From positions 32,001 to 96,000 of the forward strand of contig JBCCQQ010000009.1 in assembly GCA_039024555.1 (NCBI GenBank): a stretch of 64,000 bases of DNA. Direction: 5' to 3'. Shown piece after piece: positions 11,417-19,307 of this stretch; within the stretch, counting starts at the first letter, position 1, and the number at the start of each line of letters is the position of its first letter. The notes under the pieces were generated by a model. The model searched no databases, was not told where the DNA came from, and was given only the letters and a program-made list of their open reading frames with translations. The position numbers and the translations under genes are program-made. The DNA comes from Cyanobacteria bacterium P01_D01_bin.156. Its GTDB lineage: Bacteria; Cyanobacteriota; Cyanobacteriia; Phormidesmidales; Phormidesmidaceae.

Positions 11417-11456
11417 AAAAAGGGAGGCCGATCGGTAAGATCAGCCTCCCTAAAAA
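11417..11456 (-). terminator. Intrinsic terminator between ado and aar
   Basis: Stem AGGGAGGC...GCCTCCCT (11421-11451) flanked by A-tracts, giving a U-tract 3' of the stem on the minus strand. Confidence 0.7.
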
Positions 11457-11466
11457 GGATAAAAAC

Positions 11467-12162
11467 CTAGGCTAAGGCTAATCCTTGTGCTGAAAGCTTC
11501 ATCACTTCACGGCTTGTAAAACCAATATTACCGAGGGCTTCACCATAAGTAATCATAAAGTCCTCGACCAGAGCATCCTTTTCCATGCCTAGTACAGATG
11601 CATCAGTGGCTACCTGATTCAACATCTTCCAAACTAAGGGCAGATTCTGACGATTAGCTTCCTCTAATTCACTCTTGGATGTTTCAAAGTTAGCTTTGAG
11701 CCACTCTTCGCCAAAGTTAAGGTGCATGTACTCATCTTTGACAACACCCTCTGTAATCTTACGGGCAAAATCATCTGCTACAGGGATGTAGATGTTGTAA
11801 GCAGAAATAGCGAAAGTTTCAATGATGAGTGACTGAATCAGCAAACATGTAACGACTTTCCCCTCATTCCAGGCTTTCTGGAAGTTATCGTGCAGCTGTT
11901 CAAAAAACTGCTTTGCAAACTCCATATCTGGAGTGACATTAAGGTTCCTACCACAGGCTTGAAAGCCTTTCATGTGGCGATTCTCCATACGAGCTAGCTT
12001 TATCAACTCGTCTTTATGCTCGTTGAGGTATTCAGCCAACTTTTTATAGTTATCGTTAGCTTCCAATTCCCCTTCAATAACAATTGCATTGATGCGACTA
12101 TAGGCATCCTTATAGGCTTCACTTTGGAAGTCAAGTACTGGGCTGGCCTCAAGCTGCGGCAT
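11467..12162 (-). CDS. ado: Aldehyde-deformylating oxygenase (alkane biosynthesis)
   Basis: [16 protein letters not shown] start region, di-iron ENRH and DEYMH motifs, 231 aa. Confidence 0.97.
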   Translation of the reverse strand: MPQLEASPVLDFQSEAYKDAYSRINAIVIEGELEANDNYKKLAEYLNEHKDELIKLARMENRHMKGFQACGRNLNVTPDMEFAKQFFEQLHDNFQKAWNEGKVVTCLLIQSLIIETFAISAYNIYIPVADDFARKITEGVVKDEYMHLNFGEEWLKANFETSKSELEEANRQNLPLVWKMLNQVATDASVLGMEKDALVEDFMITYGEALGNIGFTSREVMKLSAQGLALA

Positions 12163-12408
12163 ATCTGTACAGTTCCTGCGTTACAATGACCATCTTTCGC
12201 CACTATCTAAGCCATGGCATAGCACAACTGCCGAGGTTAACTTAAATATTGACATCTGATTTCACACTTTACACCCTATCAGTATTGCAAAGATGTTCAT
12301 CACGGATGCGAAAGGGGCTAAACTGTTGAGTATTAAGGTATTCTGGCCTGTTCTATTTAGAATTTTTATCTATTAGATAGAAATCGATGCAACCTGCTGG
12401 TCTAACGG

Positions 12409-13458
12409 TTATTCGATATCGTCCAGGACCTTGAAACGTATGGTTTTGGTCGAGGGACTGTTAGCACTGCCAAGATGGATTTCAATAAGCTCGTTTGTTA
12501 AGGGGGCAAGAGCACTGAGAAGGGCTCGTAATTGAGGAGTGCTTTCGCCACTGTCAACATACACACGTTCAGCTAATTTATTGAGTCGTCGCCAAGCAGT
12601 GTACATTTTGGCCGCTGCTTGTTCTAGCTGAGTTGCTTGGTTAACCAAATCTGCAGTGGAATTTAGAGAGCCAATGCGTAAAGCCTCTTCAAGGGCTTGT
12701 TCTAAATTGACAACGTCTGGGTCGATGGTTTGTACCTGACTAGCGGCAGCTATGTATTTAGATAAATATCGTGCTTCAGAGGTGATTTGCTTGAGGGTGT
12801 CGACATCTGGGTTCCTTTCTGCTTCTGTTTTTAGTGTGATTTGATGACTGGGAGGCAGTTTTTCCATTTCCTTCACCAGTGGTGTTAAGTAGCGAGTTGG
12901 AATGCTATTGTTCGCGGCTTTTTCCCTAACTGTTTCTGGAATCAGCTCGGAGGTCATTGCAGTCCATTCATCAGCTAATTGTTTGACTTCTTTGCGAGTA
13001 ATCTGTTCGCCCCGGCGGGCTGCTTCGGTGACCATCTGCTGCACTTCTGGCGCTGCCTGAGCTGTTTCTACAAAGGCGCGCTTGCTGAACTGGTTCACAG
13101 ATTGTTCATTGAGAAGCCCTTCCTTGAGTAGTTCATCAGCGCTGTTGCCTAATTCAATCAACGTGTAAGCTTGACTTTTGCTAATTTCTCTTTCCTTTAG
13201 CCAATTTAAGAATCCAGTGCCGCGGCCATCGCCTCCATGTTTTTCTCGGTCACGTACAGCTCTCAAAATACGACCGCGCCAAATGTCGGTTTGTAAATCA
13301 AAGCGATCGCATACTTGCCAGGCAATATCAATTTGGTAGTTAAAATCATGATCAGAGATAGTTGTATCGCTCGGATCAGGAACTTTGAAATCGAGGGTAA
13401 CATCCTGGCCAGTGCCACCTTGGGTGATATCGGCTACAAAATCTGTTGCTCCAACCAT
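12409..13458 (-). CDS. Conserved cyanobacterial hypothetical protein (helical, possible DUF3102-like N-terminal region)
   Basis: 349-aa ORF with ordinary composition; IWRGRILR...FLNWLKEREISKSQAY segment. Confidence 0.7.
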   Translation of the reverse strand: MVGATDFVADITQGGTGQDVTLDFKVPDPSDTTISDHDFNYQIDIAWQVCDRFDLQTDIWRGRILRAVRDREKHGGDGRGTGFLNWLKEREISKSQAYTLIELGNSADELLKEGLLNEQSVNQFSKRAFVETAQAAPEVQQMVTEAARRGEQITRKEVKQLADEWTAMTSELIPETVREKAANNSIPTRYLTPLVKEMEKLPPSHQITLKTEAERNPDVDTLKQITSEARYLSKYIAAASQVQTIDPDVVNLEQALEEALRIGSLNSTADLVNQATQLEQAAAKMYTAWRRLNKLAERVYVDSGESTPQLRALLSALAPLTNELIEIHLGSANSPSTKTIRFKVLDDIE

Positions 13459-13519
13459 GGAATTCCTCTATTTAGTCAACCGTGTGAATGTCTTGTATTA
13501 GTGGCTCAAAGGCAGTTCA

Positions 13520-13993
13520 CTATGTTACAAGCTGCATGACCCAACGCACAATTAGTAAAGAGATAGTTGCCACGCCTAGAACAAAGGCTATTAATACTGT
13601 AATGAGGATAATTGCGAAAACCTTATCAGCACGCCGACTGGGCAAGGGATGACGAATATGCTCCTCCAATAAAGCAACGTTTTGAGCATTCGCCTTCCAA
13701 GCCACATCAAATAAATCACCGATCACGGGCATGGTTCCCACGAGCAATTCCAGCACAATATTGAACCCCATACGTCCCAGGGTTGCAGCAGGTACACCAA
13801 AGCGCGCAGCTTCTACAACGATATAGATTGAAATCAACCCTGTCATCAGATCGCCGCCGCCAGGTAGTAGCCCAATTAGAGGGTCGAGGCCAACGCGATA
13901 GCCTAATCCTGGAATTGCGATCGCGTTATCTAAAATACGGCTAAGACTACGTAACCGATTTAATGAACGAGCTTCCGTTGGCACAGTCCTCAA
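13520..13993 (-). CDS. DUF4112 family membrane protein
   Basis: LDNAIAIPG..RVGLDPLIGLLPGGGD and GDLFDVAWKAN motifs. Confidence 0.88.
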   Translation of the reverse strand: MRTVPTEARSLNRLRSLSRILDNAIAIPGLGYRVGLDPLIGLLPGGGDLMTGLISIYIVVEAARFGVPAATLGRMGFNIVLELLVGTMPVIGDLFDVAWKANAQNVALLEEHIRHPLPSRRADKVFAIILITVLIAFVLGVATISLLIVRWVMQLVT

Positions 13994-14193
13994 ACATAAT
14001 TTGGCAGTTACCGGCAGATTATCATAGTCAAGCCTAGCAAGGATTTCTCAACCACCTACAGATATTGGTAAAGATGCCTCCCCTGAGTTCCCTATTCCTC
14101 ACATCTAAAATAACTGAACTAGCAAACGAACATTACAAGCTGAAAGAGGACCACGGCGATACTGTGAAGTTAGGGCATAATGGCACCATCTAA

Positions 14194-14664
14194 ATGACCC
14201 ATCTTCTGTCAACCATGAAGAAAACCAGGAAAATTGTACGTCGAGCGTTATTGATTCCAGCGACTTTACTATCGTTGGGAATCCTAAGCCCTCATGCTCT
14301 AGCCCAAATTTATAATCCAATTGAGCTAACGGGAGAGCGTGAGGTTAACGATTCGCTTTCTGAAAGTGATATTCCAACTGGGGTTGGCGGCTTTGCACGA
14401 GATTACAGCGTCGAACTCTTTGAGGGAGATCAAATCACTATCGATGTTGTTTCGGAAGAATTTGATACCCTAGTAAGCCTTTTGGGAGATGATGGCACGA
14501 CCGTTAGTGAAAATGATGATGGTCCCGATGGCTCAACCAACTCCCTGTTGTTTGCCCGTATCGCTAAATCTGGTCAGTACACTGTGAGAGTCAGGTCCTA
14601 TGCCGGTCAAGGCACAGGCTCTTTCTATCTCAAACTTGCCCGCCTGCGAGAAATTCAGGATTAG
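14194..14664 (+). CDS. Secreted PPC (pre-peptidase C-terminal) domain protein
   Basis: Signal-peptide-like N-terminus ending ALA-Q; FDTLVSL...ENDDG..NSLL..SGQYTVRV pattern. Confidence 0.8.
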   Translation: MTHLLSTMKKTRKIVRRALLIPATLLSLGILSPHALAQIYNPIELTGEREVNDSLSESDIPTGVGGFARDYSVELFEGDQITIDVVSEEFDTLVSLLGDDGTTVSENDDGPDGSTNSLLFARIAKSGQYTVRVRSYAGQGTGSFYLKLARLREIQD

Positions 14665-14827
14665 AGCTGCTATGGCTCAGAGAAAAGTGCTCTGAGCCAC
14701 CTCTTTGCCAGCGATTCCATAGCAGTGGCTACAATGTGCCAAAAAAGATCTTCTGTTTTGCTTGCGAACGGTTCCCCTCTTTTGTTAACTTGTTTAGGCG
14801 CGAGCAAAGGCAGCAAAGCTGCTTCTT

Positions 14828-14900
14828 GCCGGGATAGCTCAGTTGGTAGAGCAGTGGACTGAAAATCCTCGTGTCGGCGGTTCAAGTCCGCCTCCTGGCA
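14828..14900 (+). tRNA. trnF: tRNA-Phe(GAA), no encoded CCA
   Basis: Cloverleaf GCCGGGA/TCCTGGC, D-arm AGCTCAGTTGGTAGAGC, anticodon loop CTGAAAA, GTTCAAG T-loop. Confidence 0.97.
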
Positions 14901-14934
14901 TTGTCAATGTTAATCATTGACAGAATGTGATAGT

Positions 14935-15016
14935 GGGTCGTTGCCCGAGTGGTTAATGGGGGCGGACTGTAAATCCGCTGGCTACGCCTACGTTGGTTCG
15001 AATCCAACACGGCCCA
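14935..15016 (+). tRNA. trnY: tRNA-Tyr(GTA)
   Basis: GGGTCGT/ACGGCCC acceptor, anticodon arm GCGGA-CTGTAAA-TCCGC, long variable arm, GTTCGAATC. Confidence 0.97.
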
Positions 15017-15037
15017 TCACATTTTTACTGTTACTTT

Positions 15038-15109
<72 letters not shown>

Positions 15110-15471
15110 TTATATCTAAACATGTACTTAGCCTGGCATATGTTGGATAGAGGAAAGGACCAATAGAACGATGTGATGTTCTCACCTCGCGTATTGAACG
15201 GTGAGGTGACTCGAACAATAAGTGGCATCGCTCATAGCTCGGGGGAGCTGTTTTGATTGCATAATGACGTTGTGTCTATAAGCTTTTGAAATATATTCCA
15301 AAGGCTATCGGTATATTTGGTAAGAACCTGCTTGCCCCACCTGTTCTGAGTGGCTGCTCATGTTTTATGAGAACTGCATTGCGAAAGTTCGGGAATAGGC
15401 CCGTGGATTTACAGGCACTTCAGGGTTTTCAAAACCAGTTCTGCTTGTTTTAATACCAAACTCGAACTATT

Positions 15472-15542
15472 TTTGTAAATAAATGTTTCTTTGATTATTT
15501 ATTGCTTGACAGGTTGACGCTTAATGGGAGTGTAGTTAGAAT
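15472..15542 (+). promoter_or_regulatory. Putative nblA promoter (TTGACG-N17-TAGAAT) with an upstream HLR1/RpaB-like repeat
   Basis: TTGACG 15514-15519 and TAGAAT 15537-15542; 15472-15489 reads GAAACATT-TA-TTTACAAA on the minus strand (one perfect and one 2-mismatch KTTACAWW half-site). Confidence 0.45.
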
Positions 15543-15602
15543 TTCTCTAAAGCTAGCGGGTCAATCCTTTTCCCGTGAAATTCAACTTTGGAGGAGTGAC
15601 CT

Positions 15603-15770
15603 ATGGACATGCCAGGTCAATTGACATTAGAACAGCAGTTTCAGCTACAGGTTCTAAAAGAGCAAGTGCGTAACCTTTCCCACGAAGATGCCCAAAATTA
15701 CGTGGTTGAGGTGATGCGGCAAATGATGGTTAAGGATAATTTGGTCAAGCACCTTCTAAAGAACGCGTAG
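15603..15770 (+). CDS. nblA: Phycobilisome degradation protein NblA (55 aa; not in the ORF track)
   Basis: Hand translation MDMPGQLTLEQQFQLQVLKEQVRNLSHEDAQNYVVEVMRQMMVKDNLVKHLLKNA has the LxLEQQF and QMMVKDN signatures; GGAGGA RBS just upstream. Confidence 0.93.
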   Translation: MDMPGQLTLEQQFQLQVLKEQVRNLSHEDAQNYVVEVMRQMMVKDNLVKHLLKNA

Positions 15771-15789
15771 CGAATGTTCTGTAGTGTTA

Positions 15790-15838
15790 TTAATCAGAAA
15801 GCCCCTGCGATGGTCGATCGTAGGGGCTTTCTGATTAA
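15790..15838. terminator. Bidirectional terminator between nblA and the S8 peptidase gene
   Basis: 17-bp perfect outer stem TTAATCAGAAAGCCCCT/AGGGGCTTTCTGATTAA. Confidence 0.8.
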
Positions 15839-15881
15839 AGAGGTGAAGCTAGGCAAAGATGAAGAACGCTAATATTGCTCA

Positions 15882-17576
15882 TTATTTGGACTCACTTGTG
15901 GGTTGCAAAGCTTCACCTGCACCCCACCAAGCCAGCGCGTAGTCTTGCAAGTCTGTGCCAGTGAACTGCTGTTCATAGGTCACCCTCAGCTTATAGCGCC
16001 CAGACCGGGTGACTTTGTGGAAAATATGTTCAGTGCTATCTACATCACTTATGGAAGACCAAATGCTCTTAGACGTATCATTTTCGTCAACGGGCATAAG
16101 GTAAAGGTTTAAGTTGTTTAATCTAGAGTCCCTAAACCCTTCTTCTAAATTATAGAGTCCATTACTGTTGCTATCTATCAATGACACTTGCCTTTCCCAC
16201 GTTAACGTGGCGGCAAAGTAGCTGTCAGCCTGCAGCGGTTGCTCGATTATATAGTCAACATAACCTATGCTTTCTGGGTTAGCAGGGGGAAGAGAATTAT
16301 AATCCCAGCCTCTAATGGCAACATTCCCAGGCTGCCATTGCCCGCTCTCAAACTGTTCATAGGCTCGAAAAGCATTCAAATGGCCTGTCCCAAACTCATT
16401 GTGTAAAGGAACTTTAGGGTCACGATGGGCATCCGACTCAAGCCATGTCAGATTACCTTCATCAAGCAAAGTGCGTGTCATTCCTAATGTTTGACCATTG
16501 CCCTCATCCCTGATTTTGTCAGCGGCGTTCAGCAGTACCGCTTTCATAACCATAGGCTCACGGGCGTCTAAGCTCCATCTAGGGGAGCCTGCGCGTAGTT
16601 GTCGATCACCCCACTCCTGCAAGAGTGCAACGGTGGCAGCCACATGGGGCGCTGCAAAACTAGACCCACTGCTGATGGTTTCGCGACCATCTGGATCGAG
16701 TAGCTGAATATCGTCGCCAGGGGCTACCAAATTGATGGAGCGCCGTGGACCCTCATTAGATTCTGGTAAAGATGTCCCTGGGGGGCTAAATGTAGGCTCA
16801 CTGCTAGCATTGGCATAATCAATTTTGACAAAGCGCCCATCTACCTGGGTCGAGTAGGCGACATTAATTCCGTTGAAATTGTCGGTAGGAATGGGAATGC
16901 CACCGCCTCCCTGGTTGCCCGCAATCACATACAGTGAGTCATGGACAACAGTAGACCAGTCAACACATTGTGTTAGTAACGCGTTGCCATCAAGGACAGC
17001 ATTAGGGCGAGGATCGCTAATCAGAGGCTCTCCGAAACTGAAGTTAATCGCACGTACATCGCCGCTATTGCGTAGAGCAATATTTTGAGTGGTTAAACAT
17101 TCGTTAGGTTGACCACTAGAATCACCGGCTAAGGGGCCAATGGCTGCAGAAAACAAGGTGGCATCGGGCGCCACACCTGTTAGGCGCTTTTCTTTACTGA
17201 TGATGACGCTTGCTACATGGTTAGCGTGGTCATCTACAAATTCATCTGAGATAGCGCCCTCATCTAGCTGAAAGACCCGAGTTACAGCAACTGGGTTATT
17301 GGCAATTGCGAGCTTATCGAATCCAAAGATGGGGGGACGCCCACCTTCCACCTGACCCAGTGCAATTTTTTTCCCCGTGAGATTGTAAGGTGGTTGATGT
17401 AATCGTTGAGCATCAATGCCATCAGTGCCAACAGACACAGAAAGAGCTAAAACTGGAATGCTTCCTAGCCCTACAAAAAAAGTGCCTGGCATTAGCAATC
17501 GGTGTACTGAACGTAGGCTACAACCTCTAGAATTTGCCAATAAATGCTGAAAAATTCCCATAAAGACTCCCGTCAA
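15882..17576 (-). CDS. Secreted subtilisin-like S8 serine peptidase (start uncertain)
   Basis: His motif DDHANHVA, oxyanion IAGNQG, Ser motif SGSSFAAPHVA, beta-rich C-terminal domain. Confidence 0.88.
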   Translation of the reverse strand: MTGVFMGIFQHLLANSRGCSLRSVHRLLMPGTFFVGLGSIPVLALSVSVGTDGIDAQRLHQPPYNLTGKKIALGQVEGGRPPIFGFDKLAIANNPVAVTRVFQLDEGAISDEFVDDHANHVASVIISKEKRLTGVAPDATLFSAAIGPLAGDSSGQPNECLTTQNIALRNSGDVRAINFSFGEPLISDPRPNAVLDGNALLTQCVDWSTVVHDSLYVIAGNQGGGGIPIPTDNFNGINVAYSTQVDGRFVKIDYANASSEPTFSPPGTSLPESNEGPRRSINLVAPGDDIQLLDPDGRETISSGSSFAAPHVAATVALLQEWGDRQLRAGSPRWSLDAREPMVMKAVLLNAADKIRDEGNGQTLGMTRTLLDEGNLTWLESDAHRDPKVPLHNEFGTGHLNAFRAYEQFESGQWQPGNVAIRGWDYNSLPPANPESIGYVDYIIEQPLQADSYFAATLTWERQVSLIDSNSNGLYNLEEGFRDSRLNNLNLYLMPVDENDTSKSIWSSISDVDSTEHIFHKVTRSGRYKLRVTYEQQFTGTDLQDYALAWWGAGEALQPTSESK

Positions 17577-17684
17577 AACAAATTGGGACGATAAGTAGAA
17601 TTGGCCAGAAAAGCTTGTAACGATTTTGATACTAAGTTTTTGTTACGATGGTGACAATTGCTGGTGATTACAAGAGGCTTCCCC

Positions 17685-18386
17685 ATGGCGCAGTCAAACA
17701 AATCTGTAGTTATTTCCCCATCTATCCTATCGGCTGATTTTAGTCGTCTAGGTGATGAAGTGCGTGCAGCTGATGCTGCAGGTGCAGATTGGATTCATGT
17801 TGATGTGATGGATGGTCGGTTTGTGCCTAACATTACCATCGGCCCATTAATTGTTAAGGCGATTCGACCTGTCACTCAAAAGCCCCTTGATGTTCACTTG
17901 ATGATTGTAGAACCAGAAAAGTATATCGAATCTTTTGCTGAAGCAGGTGCAGATATCATTTCTGTGCATGCAGAGCATAATGCATCGCCTCACCTACACA
18001 GCACACTCAGCCGTATTCGTGATCTTGGTAAGCAGGCAGGTGTTGTGCTCAATCCGTCCACTCCCTTAGAGCTCATTGATTATGTGCTAGAACTTTGTGA
18101 TCTAGTGTTGATTATGAGTGTGAACCCAGGGTTTGGGGGTCAAAAGTTTATTCCTGAAGTGTTGCCCAAAATTCGTAAGCTGCGTCAAATGTGTGATGAA
18201 CGTGGTTTGGATCCTTGGATTGAGGTCGATGGTGGCTTGAAAGCCCATAATACTTGGCAAGTACTGGAAGCTGGGGCTAATGCAATTGTGGCGGGTTCGG
18301 CCGTCTTTAACGCGCCAGACTATGCTGCAGCTATTGAGAATATTCGTCATAGCAAGCGCCCTGCACCCGAGCTAGCCGCTGTCTAG
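17685..18386 (+). CDS. rpe: Ribulose-phosphate 3-epimerase
   Basis: [40 protein letters not shown] motifs. Confidence 0.97.
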   Translation: MAQSNKSVVISPSILSADFSRLGDEVRAADAAGADWIHVDVMDGRFVPNITIGPLIVKAIRPVTQKPLDVHLMIVEPEKYIESFAEAGADIISVHAEHNASPHLHSTLSRIRDLGKQAGVVLNPSTPLELIDYVLELCDLVLIMSVNPGFGGQKFIPEVLPKIRKLRQMCDERGLDPWIEVDGGLKAHNTWQVLEAGANAIVAGSAVFNAPDYAAAIENIRHSKRPAPELAAV

Positions 18387-18422
18387 TTTCTATTTGCTGA
18401 TCTCAAACTTTTTAAGTACTAA

Positions 18423-18460
18423 ATGCCCTCAAGCAAAAACTTGTTTTTGCTTGAGGGCAT
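18423..18460 (+). terminator. Perfect 18-bp inverted repeat after rpe (terminator-like)
   Basis: ATGCCCTCAAGCAAAAAC-TT-GTTTTTGCTTGAGGGCAT. Confidence 0.65.
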
Positions 18461-19036
18461 CTAAATATTGGGTACACGGTGTGTCTTGGACTCTCAGCTT
18501 TTTGCTTCGAGTATTGTAATAGTGCTGATAACTGCAGTAGTTGCCGTACATCCCTTGCCTATAAAACCTTTAAAGACGTCTTAAAGAATCCATGTGCGTG
18601 TTTAGGGTTACAAACATAAATTATTTCCGGGAAACCACTTAGGGGTCAGCGGTGCAACGGTAAAACTTAAACTCGATACTGTACTTGGCATCCGAGAATC
18701 TGTCTCACGATAAATAAGCTGAAAGAACCTGATAGAGATAACTTCATCTAGTGGTGTTGGGATTCTCAATAGTAAAGCAATCTCTTTAGAGTACGTATTT
18801 ACACGGATGATGGGTGTGTGTCATTGTCCATTTTAAAGAATTTGTGTGATGAGAGCATAATTCTCTCCGGAGATTTGTGAAAGGCCCAATAATTGAAATA
18901 AGGCATATCACGGATGTGACTATGTAATGGACACTTTAGATTGGTTTATGTAAAACAACTAGGCTAAGTGTTTTATTTTATACCTGATTTGACTGCTCGG
19001 GTGCGATGTTGTCTCTCTGGATGTTTGTGTGAATTT

Positions 19037-19219
19037 ATGGCTGTTCAATCGGTTGAAGAAATGGTTGCCAAAATCTTTGCAACTCGACGCATCACGCGTG
19101 CTGATCAGAGTGTTCTAATGGCAATGTTTGCAGGTAACAATATCAGTGCTAATGACAAAATGTTGATCAATCAGATATACGATGCTCTGAATCAGGGTCG
19201 TTTGCGGGTTGTTGAGTGA
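19037..19219 (+). CDS. Small cyanobacterial hypothetical protein (60 aa)
   Basis: MAVQSVEEMVAKIFATRRITRADQ...GRLRVVE resembles small helical cyanobacterial proteins ending in GxLRVV(D/E). Confidence 0.7.
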   Translation: MAVQSVEEMVAKIFATRRITRADQSVLMAMFAGNNISANDKMLINQIYDALNQGRLRVVE

Positions 19220-19307
19220 CGCTAAAGTTGTTGCAATGAGCTGTACGGCTACCAGCTGAGAATAATATTGCAAAAAATAAGGCTGATGTATTTTGTAGCT
19301 GTTGATC

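Noticed and set aside
15110..15400. Possible integrated element or ncRNA after the tRNA cluster
   Set aside because: No integrase, no duplicated tRNA 3' end, and only short weak stems.
17617..17632. GTA...TAC element between the S8 peptidase gene and rpe as an NtcA box
   Set aside because: The spacer is 10 nt rather than the required 8.
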